Assembly: GCA_027460535.1 (NCBI GenBank)
Contig: JAPZAR010000012.1
Coordinates: 30,001 to 62,000 of the forward strand
From: Candidatus Methanoperedens sp.
Lineage (GTDB): Archaea; Halobacteriota; Methanosarcinia; Methanosarcinales; Methanoperedenaceae
Reading direction: 5' to 3'
Length of the DNA: 32,000 nt
Part shown: positions 24,505 through 32,000 of the stretch, piece after piece
How positions within the stretch are numbered: the first letter of the stretch is position 1
Layout of the letters: each line of letters opens with the position of its first letter
Program-made: the position numbers and the translations under genes
Notes under the pieces: model-generated
The model's database searches: none
Seen by the model: the letters and a program-made list of their open reading frames with translations, nothing else
Told to the model about the DNA's origin: nothing

Positions 24505-25107
24505 TTACTTCACCACGCCTTCTCCTGCCCTTACTATCCTGTCGACCAACCCGTATTCCACAGCCTCCTCTGCTGTCAGGAAGAAATCGCGGTCGGTATC
24601 CTTCTCGATTATCTCCATGGGCTGCCCGGTGTGATACACCAGTATCTCATCCAGGTGCTTCTTGAGCCTGTTCATCTCCTTTGCCTGGATTGTTATGTCA
24701 GATGCCTGTCCCTGCGCGCCTCCGAGGGGCTGGTGTATCATCATCCGCGCATTGGGGAAAGCCAGCCTTTTACCCTTTGAACCCCCCGCCAGTAATACCG
24801 CGGCCATAGATGCTGCCTGCCCAATACATATGGTCTCGATGTTGCACTTGATGCACTGCATGGTATCGTAGATGGCAAGCCCTGCAGTTATGACCCCTCC
24901 GGGGCTGTTTATATAGAACTGGATATCACCTTCGAACTCTTTTGCCTCCAGATAAAGAAGCTGTGCTATGATTATCTCTGCCGCATCGTCATCGATTTCG
25001 CCGTTCAAGAATATTATTTGTTTATCCAGCAACCGGGAAAAAATATCCATCTGGCGTTGACCTTCCGGGGTTTGCTCGGATATGTAAAGCACGTTTGGAT
25101 TTGCCAT
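24505..25107 (-). CDS. clpP: ATP-dependent Clp protease proteolytic subunit
   Basis: 200-aa ORF with catalytic-triad contexts [11 protein letters not shown] (Ser), MIHQPLGG (His) and [10 protein letters not shown] (Asp). A strong GGAGG lies 8 nt upstream of the ATG (AAAAGGAGGATAAAATA-ATG). Confidence 0.95.
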   Translation of the reverse strand: MANPNVLYISEQTPEGQRQMDIFSRLLDKQIIFLNGEIDDDAAEIIIAQLLYLEAKEFEGDIQFYINSPGGVITAGLAIYDTMQCIKCNIETICIGQAASMAAVLLAGGSKGKRLAFPNARMMIHQPLGGAQGQASDITIQAKEMNRLKKHLDEILVYHTGQPMEIIEKDTDRDFFLTAEEAVEYGLVDRIVRAGEGVVK

Positions 25108-25526
25108 TATTTTATCCTCCTTTTATTTCTTATTAAATCTGTCAAATGTGAATTCCATCCCGGAATGTGAACCACTCCGTTCCTCTTCATGAAGGATATC
25201 ATAATATTTGTATTATATCGCATGGTGATAAAATTATTGCTCTAAAATCTTTTCTGTGGTCCTAATATTTATCTGAAACCAAGAGGAACAAAAATAGCTT
25301 TGAAAGAAATTTCTGCAACTTATTTAAATCAGAGAGGATTTTATTTACTGGAAATTTTGCCTGATTTTGGGTATGCTAACCCCTACTAAGCATCGTCATT
25401 TGCCATAAATAGCTGCATGCGCTCATCTTTACTATTTCTCCAGGATCGACCTTTATGATTTCTTCAAACCTGTGAATGCGATCATCAACATAAATATTTA
25501 ATATTGCACAGCTAATCTACTTCCTT

Positions 25527-26267
25527 ATGACAGCTCATCCGAGCGGCAGGAAATTGGGAGTCCATTTGATCCCGGCTCCCGAATTGGAAAAAAGTGAAGG
25601 AATAAAAGTTCTGGGCATATCAGGTTCTGCCAGGCAAGAAAGCGGGATAAGTAAATCCGAGAGGATCTTATTGCAGGCCCTTGACATGGCAAAAATGTAT
25701 GGGGCAACTACCAATTTCATAAGGCTGCAGGAACTGAAGATATACGATTGTGAAGGTAATTATTCACAGGACCCAAATTACTGCACATATCCATGCCAGG
25801 ATTCCATGAAATATAAAGACGACCAGATGCAAATCGTCTATGATGCTGTACTGGATACGGACGTAATGATCCTTGCCACCCCCATCCGATGGAACAATCA
25901 CTCCGCTTTGATACAGAAATTCGTTGAAAGAATGAATTGTATCGAAAACTCCGATGTGTGGTTCGGACAAAAATTAATTCGTAATAAAGTGGCTGGATTA
26001 ATAGTTATCGGCCATGTGGATGGTGTCCAGCATGTTGCGGGAAACCTCATGAATTTTCTTAACTGGTTGGGATTCCATATGCCTCAGGATATGATCGCTT
26101 CCTGGGTTGGCCCTAATGATGAAGATACCACAAAAGATTGGGATGAGATCCAGAAAAATCCCTATACCCAGGAAGATCTGGAAAATATGGTCCACAGCGT
26201 TCTCAAACTTGCATATGAAATAAAGAACAGTGATGCATATAAAATTGGGGATAGTGAAGAAACCTGA
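25527..26267 (+). CDS. Flavodoxin-like-fold NAD(P)H-dependent FMN reductase family protein
   Basis: 246-aa ORF. KVLGISGSAR...SKSE.LL...(n)...DVMILATPIRWNNHSALIQKFVERM is the FMN_red/Isf-like layout. A TATA-like taaatatttaatattg (25491-25506) lies ~25 nt before the ATG, which suggests a leaderless mRNA. Confidence 0.8.
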   Translation: MTAHPSGRKLGVHLIPAPELEKSEGIKVLGISGSARQESGISKSERILLQALDMAKMYGATTNFIRLQELKIYDCEGNYSQDPNYCTYPCQDSMKYKDDQMQIVYDAVLDTDVMILATPIRWNNHSALIQKFVERMNCIENSDVWFGQKLIRNKVAGLIVIGHVDGVQHVAGNLMNFLNWLGFHMPQDMIASWVGPNDEDTTKDWDEIQKNPYTQEDLENMVHSVLKLAYEIKNSDAYKIGDSEET

Positions 26268-26294
26268 TTTTATCTGAAATTTGAGAATTCCATG

Positions 26295-27518
26295 CTAACC
26301 TTCTTTAGCTAGAATCCTATCATCTATGTCTTCCAGAGTGTTGCATGATGTCATTGTCATTGCGATTCTTAGATCAGTCTTAAGATATTCCAGGAACGTC
26401 TTCACACCATCTGCTCCGTATGGAACCGCCTCTCTGGCCAGCGGCCTTCCCACCAGGACAAAATCAGCGCCGAGCGCCAGCATTTTCATTACATCAAATC
26501 CGGTCCTCACACCACCATCCGCCGTTATCAAAACTTTTCTGCCTTCATGGGTTTCCCTAATAGCTTTCACAATTCGGGGAAGAACTTCTGCCACCCCCGG
26601 GGTCGAGCCCAGGACCCTTCCTCCATGGTTTGAAACGCTTATCACATCCACTCCCGCCTCAAGGGCTGCCAGAGCATCCTCCTCACACATGATCCCTTTA
26701 ACAATGAAAGGAAGTCTGGTTGATCTCTTAAGTTCTCTGAGCTCCTCGATCGTTTTCCTGAAAACAGGCTTACCTGCCAGGGTGAAATTCACCGAACCCG
26801 CACCATCTATATCAACGCCGACTGCCAGGCCATTTGCTTTCCCGGACTGCTGTATCAGGTCCAGGAGAACTTCCTGGGCCTGCGGCTTGAAAATATTTAC
26901 TCCATGGCCTCCCGCCTTTTTTATGGCAGCTATTCCGGGATGTACCTCGTATTCTTTGGAGGTATTGCCTGTGAACCCGATGGTTCCTGCAAGCCTGCAC
27001 CCTTCCAGTATACTGTATGCGAAATCTTCTTCGGAAATATTGCTCACGTAACTTAGACCGCTCATGGGAGCCCCCAGCATAGGCATGCTGATCTTTTCTC
27101 CAAGAAAGGTTGTTTCAAGGACAGGGTCTTTATGTTCAGTTATCAGCCTTGTTTTCAGTTTGTATTTTGAGAGGGCTTTAATGTTGTTCAGGTAGCTCAG
27201 ACCCTGACCAATACCGCGCAGGCCCAGGGGGACTCCATACTCCTGCCTCAATTCCGGCGGCGTTTCAGGGTTGTCGACGCCAATTAAAATACTTCTCTTT
27301 GCTTCCTTCCTCTGCTCATAAGCCCCGGCCTTTTGGAGATATTCCTCCTCTGAAATGCGGACAAGTTTTTCTCTGGCCGCCCCACAAACAGGGCACCTCC
27401 AGGAATCCGGAAAGTCCGGAACTTTTGTTTTCGGACTTATTCCTGTAGACGGGTCGCCTTTATCTTCATCATAAACATAGATATTGCAGGTCGTGCAGAG
27501 CCATTTGGCCATAATCAA
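26295..27518 (-). CDS. Rubredoxin-domain::FMN-dependent alpha-hydroxyacid dehydrogenase/oxidase fusion
   Basis: 407-aa ORF. The N-terminal WLCTTCNIYVYDEDKGDP..GI.P.T...PDSWRCPVCGAAREK is a complete rubredoxin. The C-terminal TIM barrel carries VSNHGGR and ADGGVRTGFDVMKMLALGADFV, as in the glycolate oxidase / lactate oxidase / flavocytochrome b2 family. Confidence 0.88.
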   Translation of the reverse strand: MIMAKWLCTTCNIYVYDEDKGDPSTGISPKTKVPDFPDSWRCPVCGAAREKLVRISEEEYLQKAGAYEQRKEAKRSILIGVDNPETPPELRQEYGVPLGLRGIGQGLSYLNNIKALSKYKLKTRLITEHKDPVLETTFLGEKISMPMLGAPMSGLSYVSNISEEDFAYSILEGCRLAGTIGFTGNTSKEYEVHPGIAAIKKAGGHGVNIFKPQAQEVLLDLIQQSGKANGLAVGVDIDGAGSVNFTLAGKPVFRKTIEELRELKRSTRLPFIVKGIMCEEDALAALEAGVDVISVSNHGGRVLGSTPGVAEVLPRIVKAIRETHEGRKVLITADGGVRTGFDVMKMLALGADFVLVGRPLAREAVPYGADGVKTFLEYLKTDLRIAMTMTSCNTLEDIDDRILAKEG

Positions 27519-27593
27519 TCAGGCCTCCCCTGATCAAGCGTTTAACTTTTTCTATCTCTGTCCTTTGAAAACATCACTATGAAATCGAACACT

Positions 27594-27657
27594 GATGGCA
27601 CGGACGGATTTACACTGATTTTCCATTATCCGTAATCCGTGTAATCCGTGTTCCATC
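27594..27657. repeat. Imperfect long hairpin containing a tandem 9-mer (GTAATCCGT x2)
   Basis: gatgg-cacgg-ACGGATTTACAC (27594-27615) pairs with GTGTAATCCGT-gtt-ccatc (27639-27657). The tandem GTAATCCGT copies lie at 27632-27640 and 27641-27649. The structure sits in the 174-nt spacer between the DUF2769-like gene and the rubredoxin fusion gene. Confidence 0.45.
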
Positions 27658-27692
27658 ATAGATTCCTCTTACTCGATAATATATGGATTCTC

Positions 27693-27992
27693 TTACGTGC
27701 CGGCCTGCTCTTTACCAGTACCCTTGAGGCAGTAGTAATCCCATCTGAGAGCCAAATTCTTCTGCACAGGACAGCCGGGACAGATACAACCTTTTTCCTT
27801 TTTTATTATCGTGCTTTTCCCCGTCGCGCAGAATAATAATTTCTTTTCTCCCGTGCCAGCATACGTTGGGCATCTGCCGCAGATGCACATCTTCGTAAGT
27901 TCTTTGACTTTTGCATCCATCTCCTTGGGAGACATCTTATTCATTGCTTCCATATTCTGCTCAAAAGTCATTTTCTGAGTTTCTTTTACCAT
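27693..27992 (-). CDS. Small Cys-rich protein (DUF2769-like)
   Basis: 99-aa ORF with CICGRCPTY...FCATGKS...GCICPGCPV...YYC. I recognise this cysteine pattern from DUF2769-annotated proteins. The assignment is from memory and was not searched. Confidence 0.7.
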   Translation of the reverse strand: MVKETQKMTFEQNMEAMNKMSPKEMDAKVKELTKMCICGRCPTYAGTGEKKLLFCATGKSTIIKKEKGCICPGCPVQKNLALRWDYYCLKGTGKEQAGT

Positions 27993-28141
27993 AATACTTC
28001 ACCCCTATTACATTAGTATAGACCTGCCCCTTTATAAATCTATATTCGGCCATGCTCATGTACTCGATTAAATAATTTATCGTTTGCACTTTTTTTCCGC
28101 CACAGAATCTGCATAATGTTTATGCTAACGTATACATCAAA

Positions 28142-28765
28142 ATGATGCACTTGGGTAGGCAAAGGAAATTAAAGATGATACAAAAACAACGATGTTCATG
28201 GCCGAATGATAATCCATTGATGATAGGATACCATGATAAAGAATGGGGTGTGCCGGTGCATAATGATATAAGATTGTTTGAGTTTCTTATTTTAGAGGGA
28301 GCGCAGGCAGGGCTAACATGGGAGACTATTTTACGGAAGCGAGAGAATTATCGTAAAGCTTTTTCTGACTTTGATCCAGCTAAGATATCACGCTATACAG
28401 AAGTAGACGAGGAACGTTTGCTGGCTGATCCGGGTATTGTCCGTAATCGTCTGAAGGTTCGAGCCGCAATCATAAACGCTGCAAAATTTCTTGAGATTCA
28501 AAAAGAGTTTGGCAGCTTTGATAAATACATTTGGCAATTTGTTGGCGGCAAATCAATGATGAATGAATTCAGATCTTTATCAGATATTCCGCCGAAAACC
28601 AAAGAATCTGATGCAATGAGTAAAGACCTAAAAGAACGTGGATTCAAATTTATAGGCTCTACGATTTGTTATGCTTTCATGCAGGCGGTAGGAATGGTGA
28701 ATGATCACACAACCGACTGTTTTCGATATACTGAAGTATCAACCGCAAAAAAGGTAAAGCTATGA
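28142..28765 (+). CDS. tag: DNA-3-methyladenine glycosylase I
   Basis: RCSWPNDNPLMIGYHDKEWGVPVHNDIRLFEFLILEGAQAGLTWETILRKRENYRKAF is the Tag signature. The likely true start is the ATG at 28175 (MIQKQRCSW...). Confidence 0.92.
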   Translation: MMHLGRQRKLKMIQKQRCSWPNDNPLMIGYHDKEWGVPVHNDIRLFEFLILEGAQAGLTWETILRKRENYRKAFSDFDPAKISRYTEVDEERLLADPGIVRNRLKVRAAIINAAKFLEIQKEFGSFDKYIWQFVGGKSMMNEFRSLSDIPPKTKESDAMSKDLKERGFKFIGSTICYAFMQAVGMVNDHTTDCFRYTEVSTAKKVKL

Positions 28766-28893
28766 AAACTCCCATATTCAAAACACTTCTTGCAGGTCTG
28801 CTGCTCAATGGTTCTATGGCAGTCGGTATGAAAAAATCGTAATGTTTGAACTAATTCTGTCCCACAGCCTTCGGCCATGCAAAACATTTAACC

Positions 28894-29862
28894 ATGAAAA
28901 GTGTATTACGCACCGGAATGAAAAAGATAAGGATTTTCCTACAGGTAATTGTGGGCATTGCCATTATTGCTTTCATCCTGTATAAAATCGGGATAAACGA
29001 TGTAATCTCGGCATTAAAGAAAACCGATCCTCTATATTTCATTATGGCCTGCTTGTCCTATTTATGTCTGGACCTGGTCCTTGCCACCCGCCTACGCTAT
29101 CTGCTGGCCAGGATAGGACATCCGGTAAGATTTGTGAGTGTGTTCCTTTCACATATGGGAGGAATGATAGTTGGGGACATCACTCCCGGGCGCGGGGGAT
29201 ATTTTTTGACGCCGGCTCTCCTGAAAAAAAGCGCCGGGACGAGGATAACCGACGGCATGGCCTGCATTTTTGCGCCGCAGGGGCTTGAGTTCATTTTAAA
29301 AGTGGGTGGAGCTGTGGTAGCTATATCATATATATCCACGCTTTCAGGTATAAGCGGGCTATTGTTAATTTCAGCTTGGGTTGGGGTTATAATTCTATTA
29401 TTTGTTGGGGTTTTAATGTTAATTATTTCCTGGCATAATGAAAATATGTCTTTGAAATTTATTAGTAAACTCCCGTTCTTTAACAGGTTCACAGAAAAAT
29501 TATCCACTTTCAAAGAAAGAAGTATCCAGATAAAGGAGAGTATTAATGCTATTTTAATATTGTATATGATTGGATGGATTTTTGCAGGATTGCAGTGGTT
29601 TTATCTGGGAAAAGCCCTTGGAATTGAACTTCCATTTTATGTTTTCTTCTTGCTTCATCCGTTAATAACCATATTGATGTTCGCACCTACACCCGCAGGT
29701 CTTGGGGTAATGGAATTAGGCGCAATTGGTATATTTTCATTATTCGGGATTTCCAGTGAGTTAGCAGCAGCTTTCTCAATTTTAGTGAGGGTAAGTATAT
29801 TATTAGTTGATTTGATAGGTCTAAAAATGGTAATGTCTTCTCTTCGTGATTTAGAACTATAA
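28894..29862 (+). CDS. UPF0104 / lysyl-phosphatidylglycerol-synthase-TM-region-like (flippase-like) membrane protein
   Basis: 322-aa polytopic ORF. The N-terminus KKIRIFLQVIVGIAIIAFILYKIG and the ATRLRYLL motif after helix 2 are typical of this family. Confidence 0.75.
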   Translation: MKSVLRTGMKKIRIFLQVIVGIAIIAFILYKIGINDVISALKKTDPLYFIMACLSYLCLDLVLATRLRYLLARIGHPVRFVSVFLSHMGGMIVGDITPGRGGYFLTPALLKKSAGTRITDGMACIFAPQGLEFILKVGGAVVAISYISTLSGISGLLLISAWVGVIILLFVGVLMLIISWHNENMSLKFISKLPFFNRFTEKLSTFKERSIQIKESINAILILYMIGWIFAGLQWFYLGKALGIELPFYVFFLLHPLITILMFAPTPAGLGVMELGAIGIFSLFGISSELAAAFSILVRVSILLVDLIGLKMVMSSLRDLEL

Positions 29863-29873
29863 CACTTACGCAA

Positions 29874-30590
29874 TCATAAAGAGATATCAGGTACTATTCT
29901 TTTTGCCACTTCCCGGTACGCTGCAACAAGGTCACCTTTATCAAATCTGAATACATCCTTGTCAAGCGACTCGCCCGTTGTCCGGTCCCAGAACCGGCAT
30001 GTATCGCAGGATATCTCATCTGCTAGAACGATTTTCCCATTGAGTCTACCGAACTCAAGCTTAAAGTCGGGGAGCAGGAGGCTTCTTTCCTTCAAAAATT
30101 CAATAAGTATCGAATTGATCTTGAGGGCCAGTTTCCGTATCTCTGAAAGTTCACTCTTAGTTGCAAGACCCAGCGCAAGTGCAATGTCGTCATTGATCAT
30201 CGGATCTCCGTATTCATCGCTCTTATAATCGAAAACTAATATCGGTGGATTAAGTTTCTCGCCTGTCTTGAAGGGATATTTTTTTGTTATGGAGCCGGCT
30301 GCGATGTCCCTGACAATTACCTCGATCTTGATGATGTCAACTGAATCGACGACCATCTCGGTTCCCGATAGCATGCTGTCAAAATGATTCTCGATGCCTT
30401 TATCCTCGAGCAATCTGAAGAGTGTCGCAGATATCTGGGCGTTGTAATATCCTTTCTTGGGCGCCTGGCTTTTCTTTTTGCCGTCAAAGGCTGTCAGGCT
30501 GTCCCTGAATTCCATTATCAGCTTTTCCGGATTGTCCGTCCTGAATACTGTCTTTGCTTTGCCTGAATAGAGTTCATCCAGCTTGATCAT
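29874..30590 (-). CDS. purC: Phosphoribosylaminoimidazole-succinocarboxamide (SAICAR) synthase
   Basis: 238-aa [37 protein letters not shown]...[14 protein letters not shown] is the canonical PurC sequence. Confidence 0.95.
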   Translation of the reverse strand: MIKLDELYSGKAKTVFRTDNPEKLIMEFRDSLTAFDGKKKSQAPKKGYYNAQISATLFRLLEDKGIENHFDSMLSGTEMVVDSVDIIKIEVIVRDIAAGSITKKYPFKTGEKLNPPILVFDYKSDEYGDPMINDDIALALGLATKSELSEIRKLALKINSILIEFLKERSLLLPDFKLEFGRLNGKIVLADEISCDTCRFWDRTTGESLDKDVFRFDKGDLVAAYREVAKRIVPDISL

Positions 30591-30682
30591 GGGGCTTAAT
30601 AGGTATTTTACTGGATATAAAGGAGATGCTATACTTTTAAGTTCTTTGAGTTTAAATTAAATAGCGGTGTGCTACGAGATTT

Positions 30683-31177
30683 ATGGACACATTGGATGGT
30701 TTTGAGGAACTCGCGGTAGATAAAGAGAAAACAGAGATCAGAATACCCGTGATGCATGTGGAGTTAGCCCTTAATGTAAGGTATTTCCTTAATGGAGCGG
30801 GTATAGGTTACTGCGGGTTATTGATCAACGGGGTCAATGGGAAAGGTCTGAGGGGATGTGTCGAAGCTGCAGCGGCAAAGTCCTTTGTAGGAAGGACGAT
30901 ATTTGTTTTTCTCTCGGAACTCGAAGGCGGAAAGAAACTCATCACTGTCCCGGCATTATTTGAAAAGGAACCATCCTTTGATGGGAAGGTGGATTTAAGC
31001 GATCTTATCATAAAAACCTACTATCACGACGAATTCAAGAAAACGGCTCAGGAAGTCTATAAAGAGCACATGAATGCACTTATGGGCAAAAAGGTATGCA
31101 ATGACAAGGATTGCCTGTGCAGGAGCATCAGAGATCTTCCGGCGAAGGGTATTGAGATACTGAAATCTTATAGATGA
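30683..31177 (+). CDS. Hypothetical protein
   Basis: 164-aa ORF with normal composition, divergent from purC. I recognise no family. The C-terminus contains CNDKDCLC. Confidence 0.55.
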   Translation: MDTLDGFEELAVDKEKTEIRIPVMHVELALNVRYFLNGAGIGYCGLLINGVNGKGLRGCVEAAAAKSFVGRTIFVFLSELEGGKKLITVPALFEKEPSFDGKVDLSDLIIKTYYHDEFKKTAQEVYKEHMNALMGKKVCNDKDCLCRSIRDLPAKGIEILKSYR

Positions 31178-31185
31178 TCGCAGAT

Positions 31186-32000
31186 TCAGTATTCCCTTGG
31201 TTTCGGGGGGAACATCGTGATATTTACTGGCTGGTAATCAATCCCTGGCCCCTCCGGAGTGAACGTAACGATGGTGTGCTTGAGCCAGTTCGCATCGTCC
31301 CTGAGTGGATGATCAAGCCTGTAATGCGATCCCCGGCTTTCTTTTCTGGCCAGCGCTCCGATGCATATCGCTTCCGCAATATCCAGCATGCCCTCAAGCT
31401 CGATGACATTTACAAGTTCCTGATTGAAAACCATGCCCCTGTACCTGACATACACATTTCTGTAACGCGATTGAAGTTCTTTGATTTTCAGAAGAGCATA
31501 TCTCAAATTCTCCTCATCGCGGAATATACCTACTTTTTCATCAAGTACTTTTTTAAGTTCGTCGCGGATAGGGAAGAATGCCTCTCCTTTACTTTTTTTG
31601 ACCAGTCTTGAAATACGGTCTTTCTCCTCTTCCTTAGCTTTTTCAATAATTTTGAGATCTTCAAAATCTACCTTGTCGGCATACTCCTTTGCAGTTTCTC
31701 CAGCGATCTTCCCGAACACGATCGTCTCAAGAAGCGAGTTACCCCCGAGCCTGTTGGCGCCATGGACACTGATACATGAACATTCACCGCACGCGTAGAA
31801 GCCCGGGAGAGCGGTCTCACAATTTTTATTTGAGGCTATTCCTCCCATGGAATAATGCTGCCCTGGCTGGATAGGTATCGGCTCTTTGGCCGGGTCGATA
31901 TTCGCAAAGTCCATCGCTATCTGCCTTATCCCCGGGAGGCGTTCTTTGATATTTCGCTCACCGATATGCATGAGCTCAAGGTTGACATATCCTCCCTCAA
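31186..32000 (-). CDS. Succinate dehydrogenase / fumarate reductase flavoprotein subunit (SdhA/FrdA/TfrA family), C-terminal part; the CDS continues beyond the right edge
   Basis: HYSMGGI, SVHGANRLGGNSLLE and RKESRGSHYR are diagnostic motifs. The frame stays open upstream of the track's internal Met (…EGGYVNLELMHIG…) as far as position 32000. Confidence 0.9.
   Translation of the reverse strand, partial: EGGYVNLELMHIGERNIKERLPGIRQIAMDFANIDPAKEPIPIQPGQHYSMGGIASNKNCETALPGFYACGECSCISVHGANRLGGNSLLETIVFGKIAGETAKEYADKVDFEDLKIIEKAKEEEKDRISRLVKKSKGEAFFPIRDELKKVLDEKVGIFRDEENLRYALLKIKELQSRYRNVYVRYRGMVFNQELVNVIELEGMLDIAEAICIGALARKESRGSHYRLDHPLRDDANWLKHTIVTFTPEGPGIDYQPVNITMFPPKPREY

Noticed and set aside
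25150-25175. The direct repeat ATGTGAA x2 with inner ATTCC/GGAAT symmetry upstream of clpP.
   Set aside because: It is short (7 nt), and the palindrome does not extend beyond 5 bp. It is within chance expectation for a 419-nt AT-rich spacer.

Overview
This window is an archaeal chromosomal segment. Archaeal markers are the SBDS, proteasome alpha and RNase P Pop5/Rpp30 superoperon piece at the left edge and a COG1107-type RecJ-like nuclease. A membrane-anchored multihaem cytochrome next to these genes suggests a Methanosarcinales/ANME-2d-like euryarchaeon, but that is inference only. No database search was possible, so every family call rests on motifs I recognised in the translations.

About 37 protein genes are supported, and I found no rRNA, tRNA, CRISPR array or IS element. 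Contents from left to right:
- SBDS, psmA, rnp2 and rnp3.
- A block of hypothetical and membrane proteins, followed by a strongly low-GC two-gene EVE + SRPBCC cassette.
- Two divergent gene strings, each ending in a CrtI-like flavoenzyme: nth, PHP, CrtI-like on the minus strand and RecJ-like, ferredoxin, CrtI-like on the plus strand.
- A GXGXG protein.
- A compact lipA-E1alpha-E1beta-E2-E3 2-oxoacid dehydrogenase operon.
- ridA.
- A NapC/NirT-type cytochrome with 12-13 haem motifs.
- A low-GC DHFR-like gene and an orphan bacterial-type clpP.
- A flavoprotein, a rubredoxin::FMN alpha-hydroxyacid dehydrogenase fusion and a DUF2769-like protein.
- tag, a UPF0104 membrane protein, purC, a hypothetical and a truncated SdhA/TfrA.

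I did not recognise a single obvious new multi-gene system. The observations most worth following up are:
- A ~78-nt structured cis-element occurs twice (5401-5478 and 24092-24170), each copy with three ATATCCGAAC half-sites and upstream of an unrelated minus-strand gene.
- Several sub-60-aa ORFs missing from the ORF track are joined to neighbouring genes by ATGA overlaps. The clearest are a 53-aa 2x[4Fe-4S] ferredoxin and a 46-aa peptide in front of a TIM-barrel enzyme.
- Three features are unusual for this lineage: the OADH complex with lipA, the orphan ClpP and the rubredoxin fusion.
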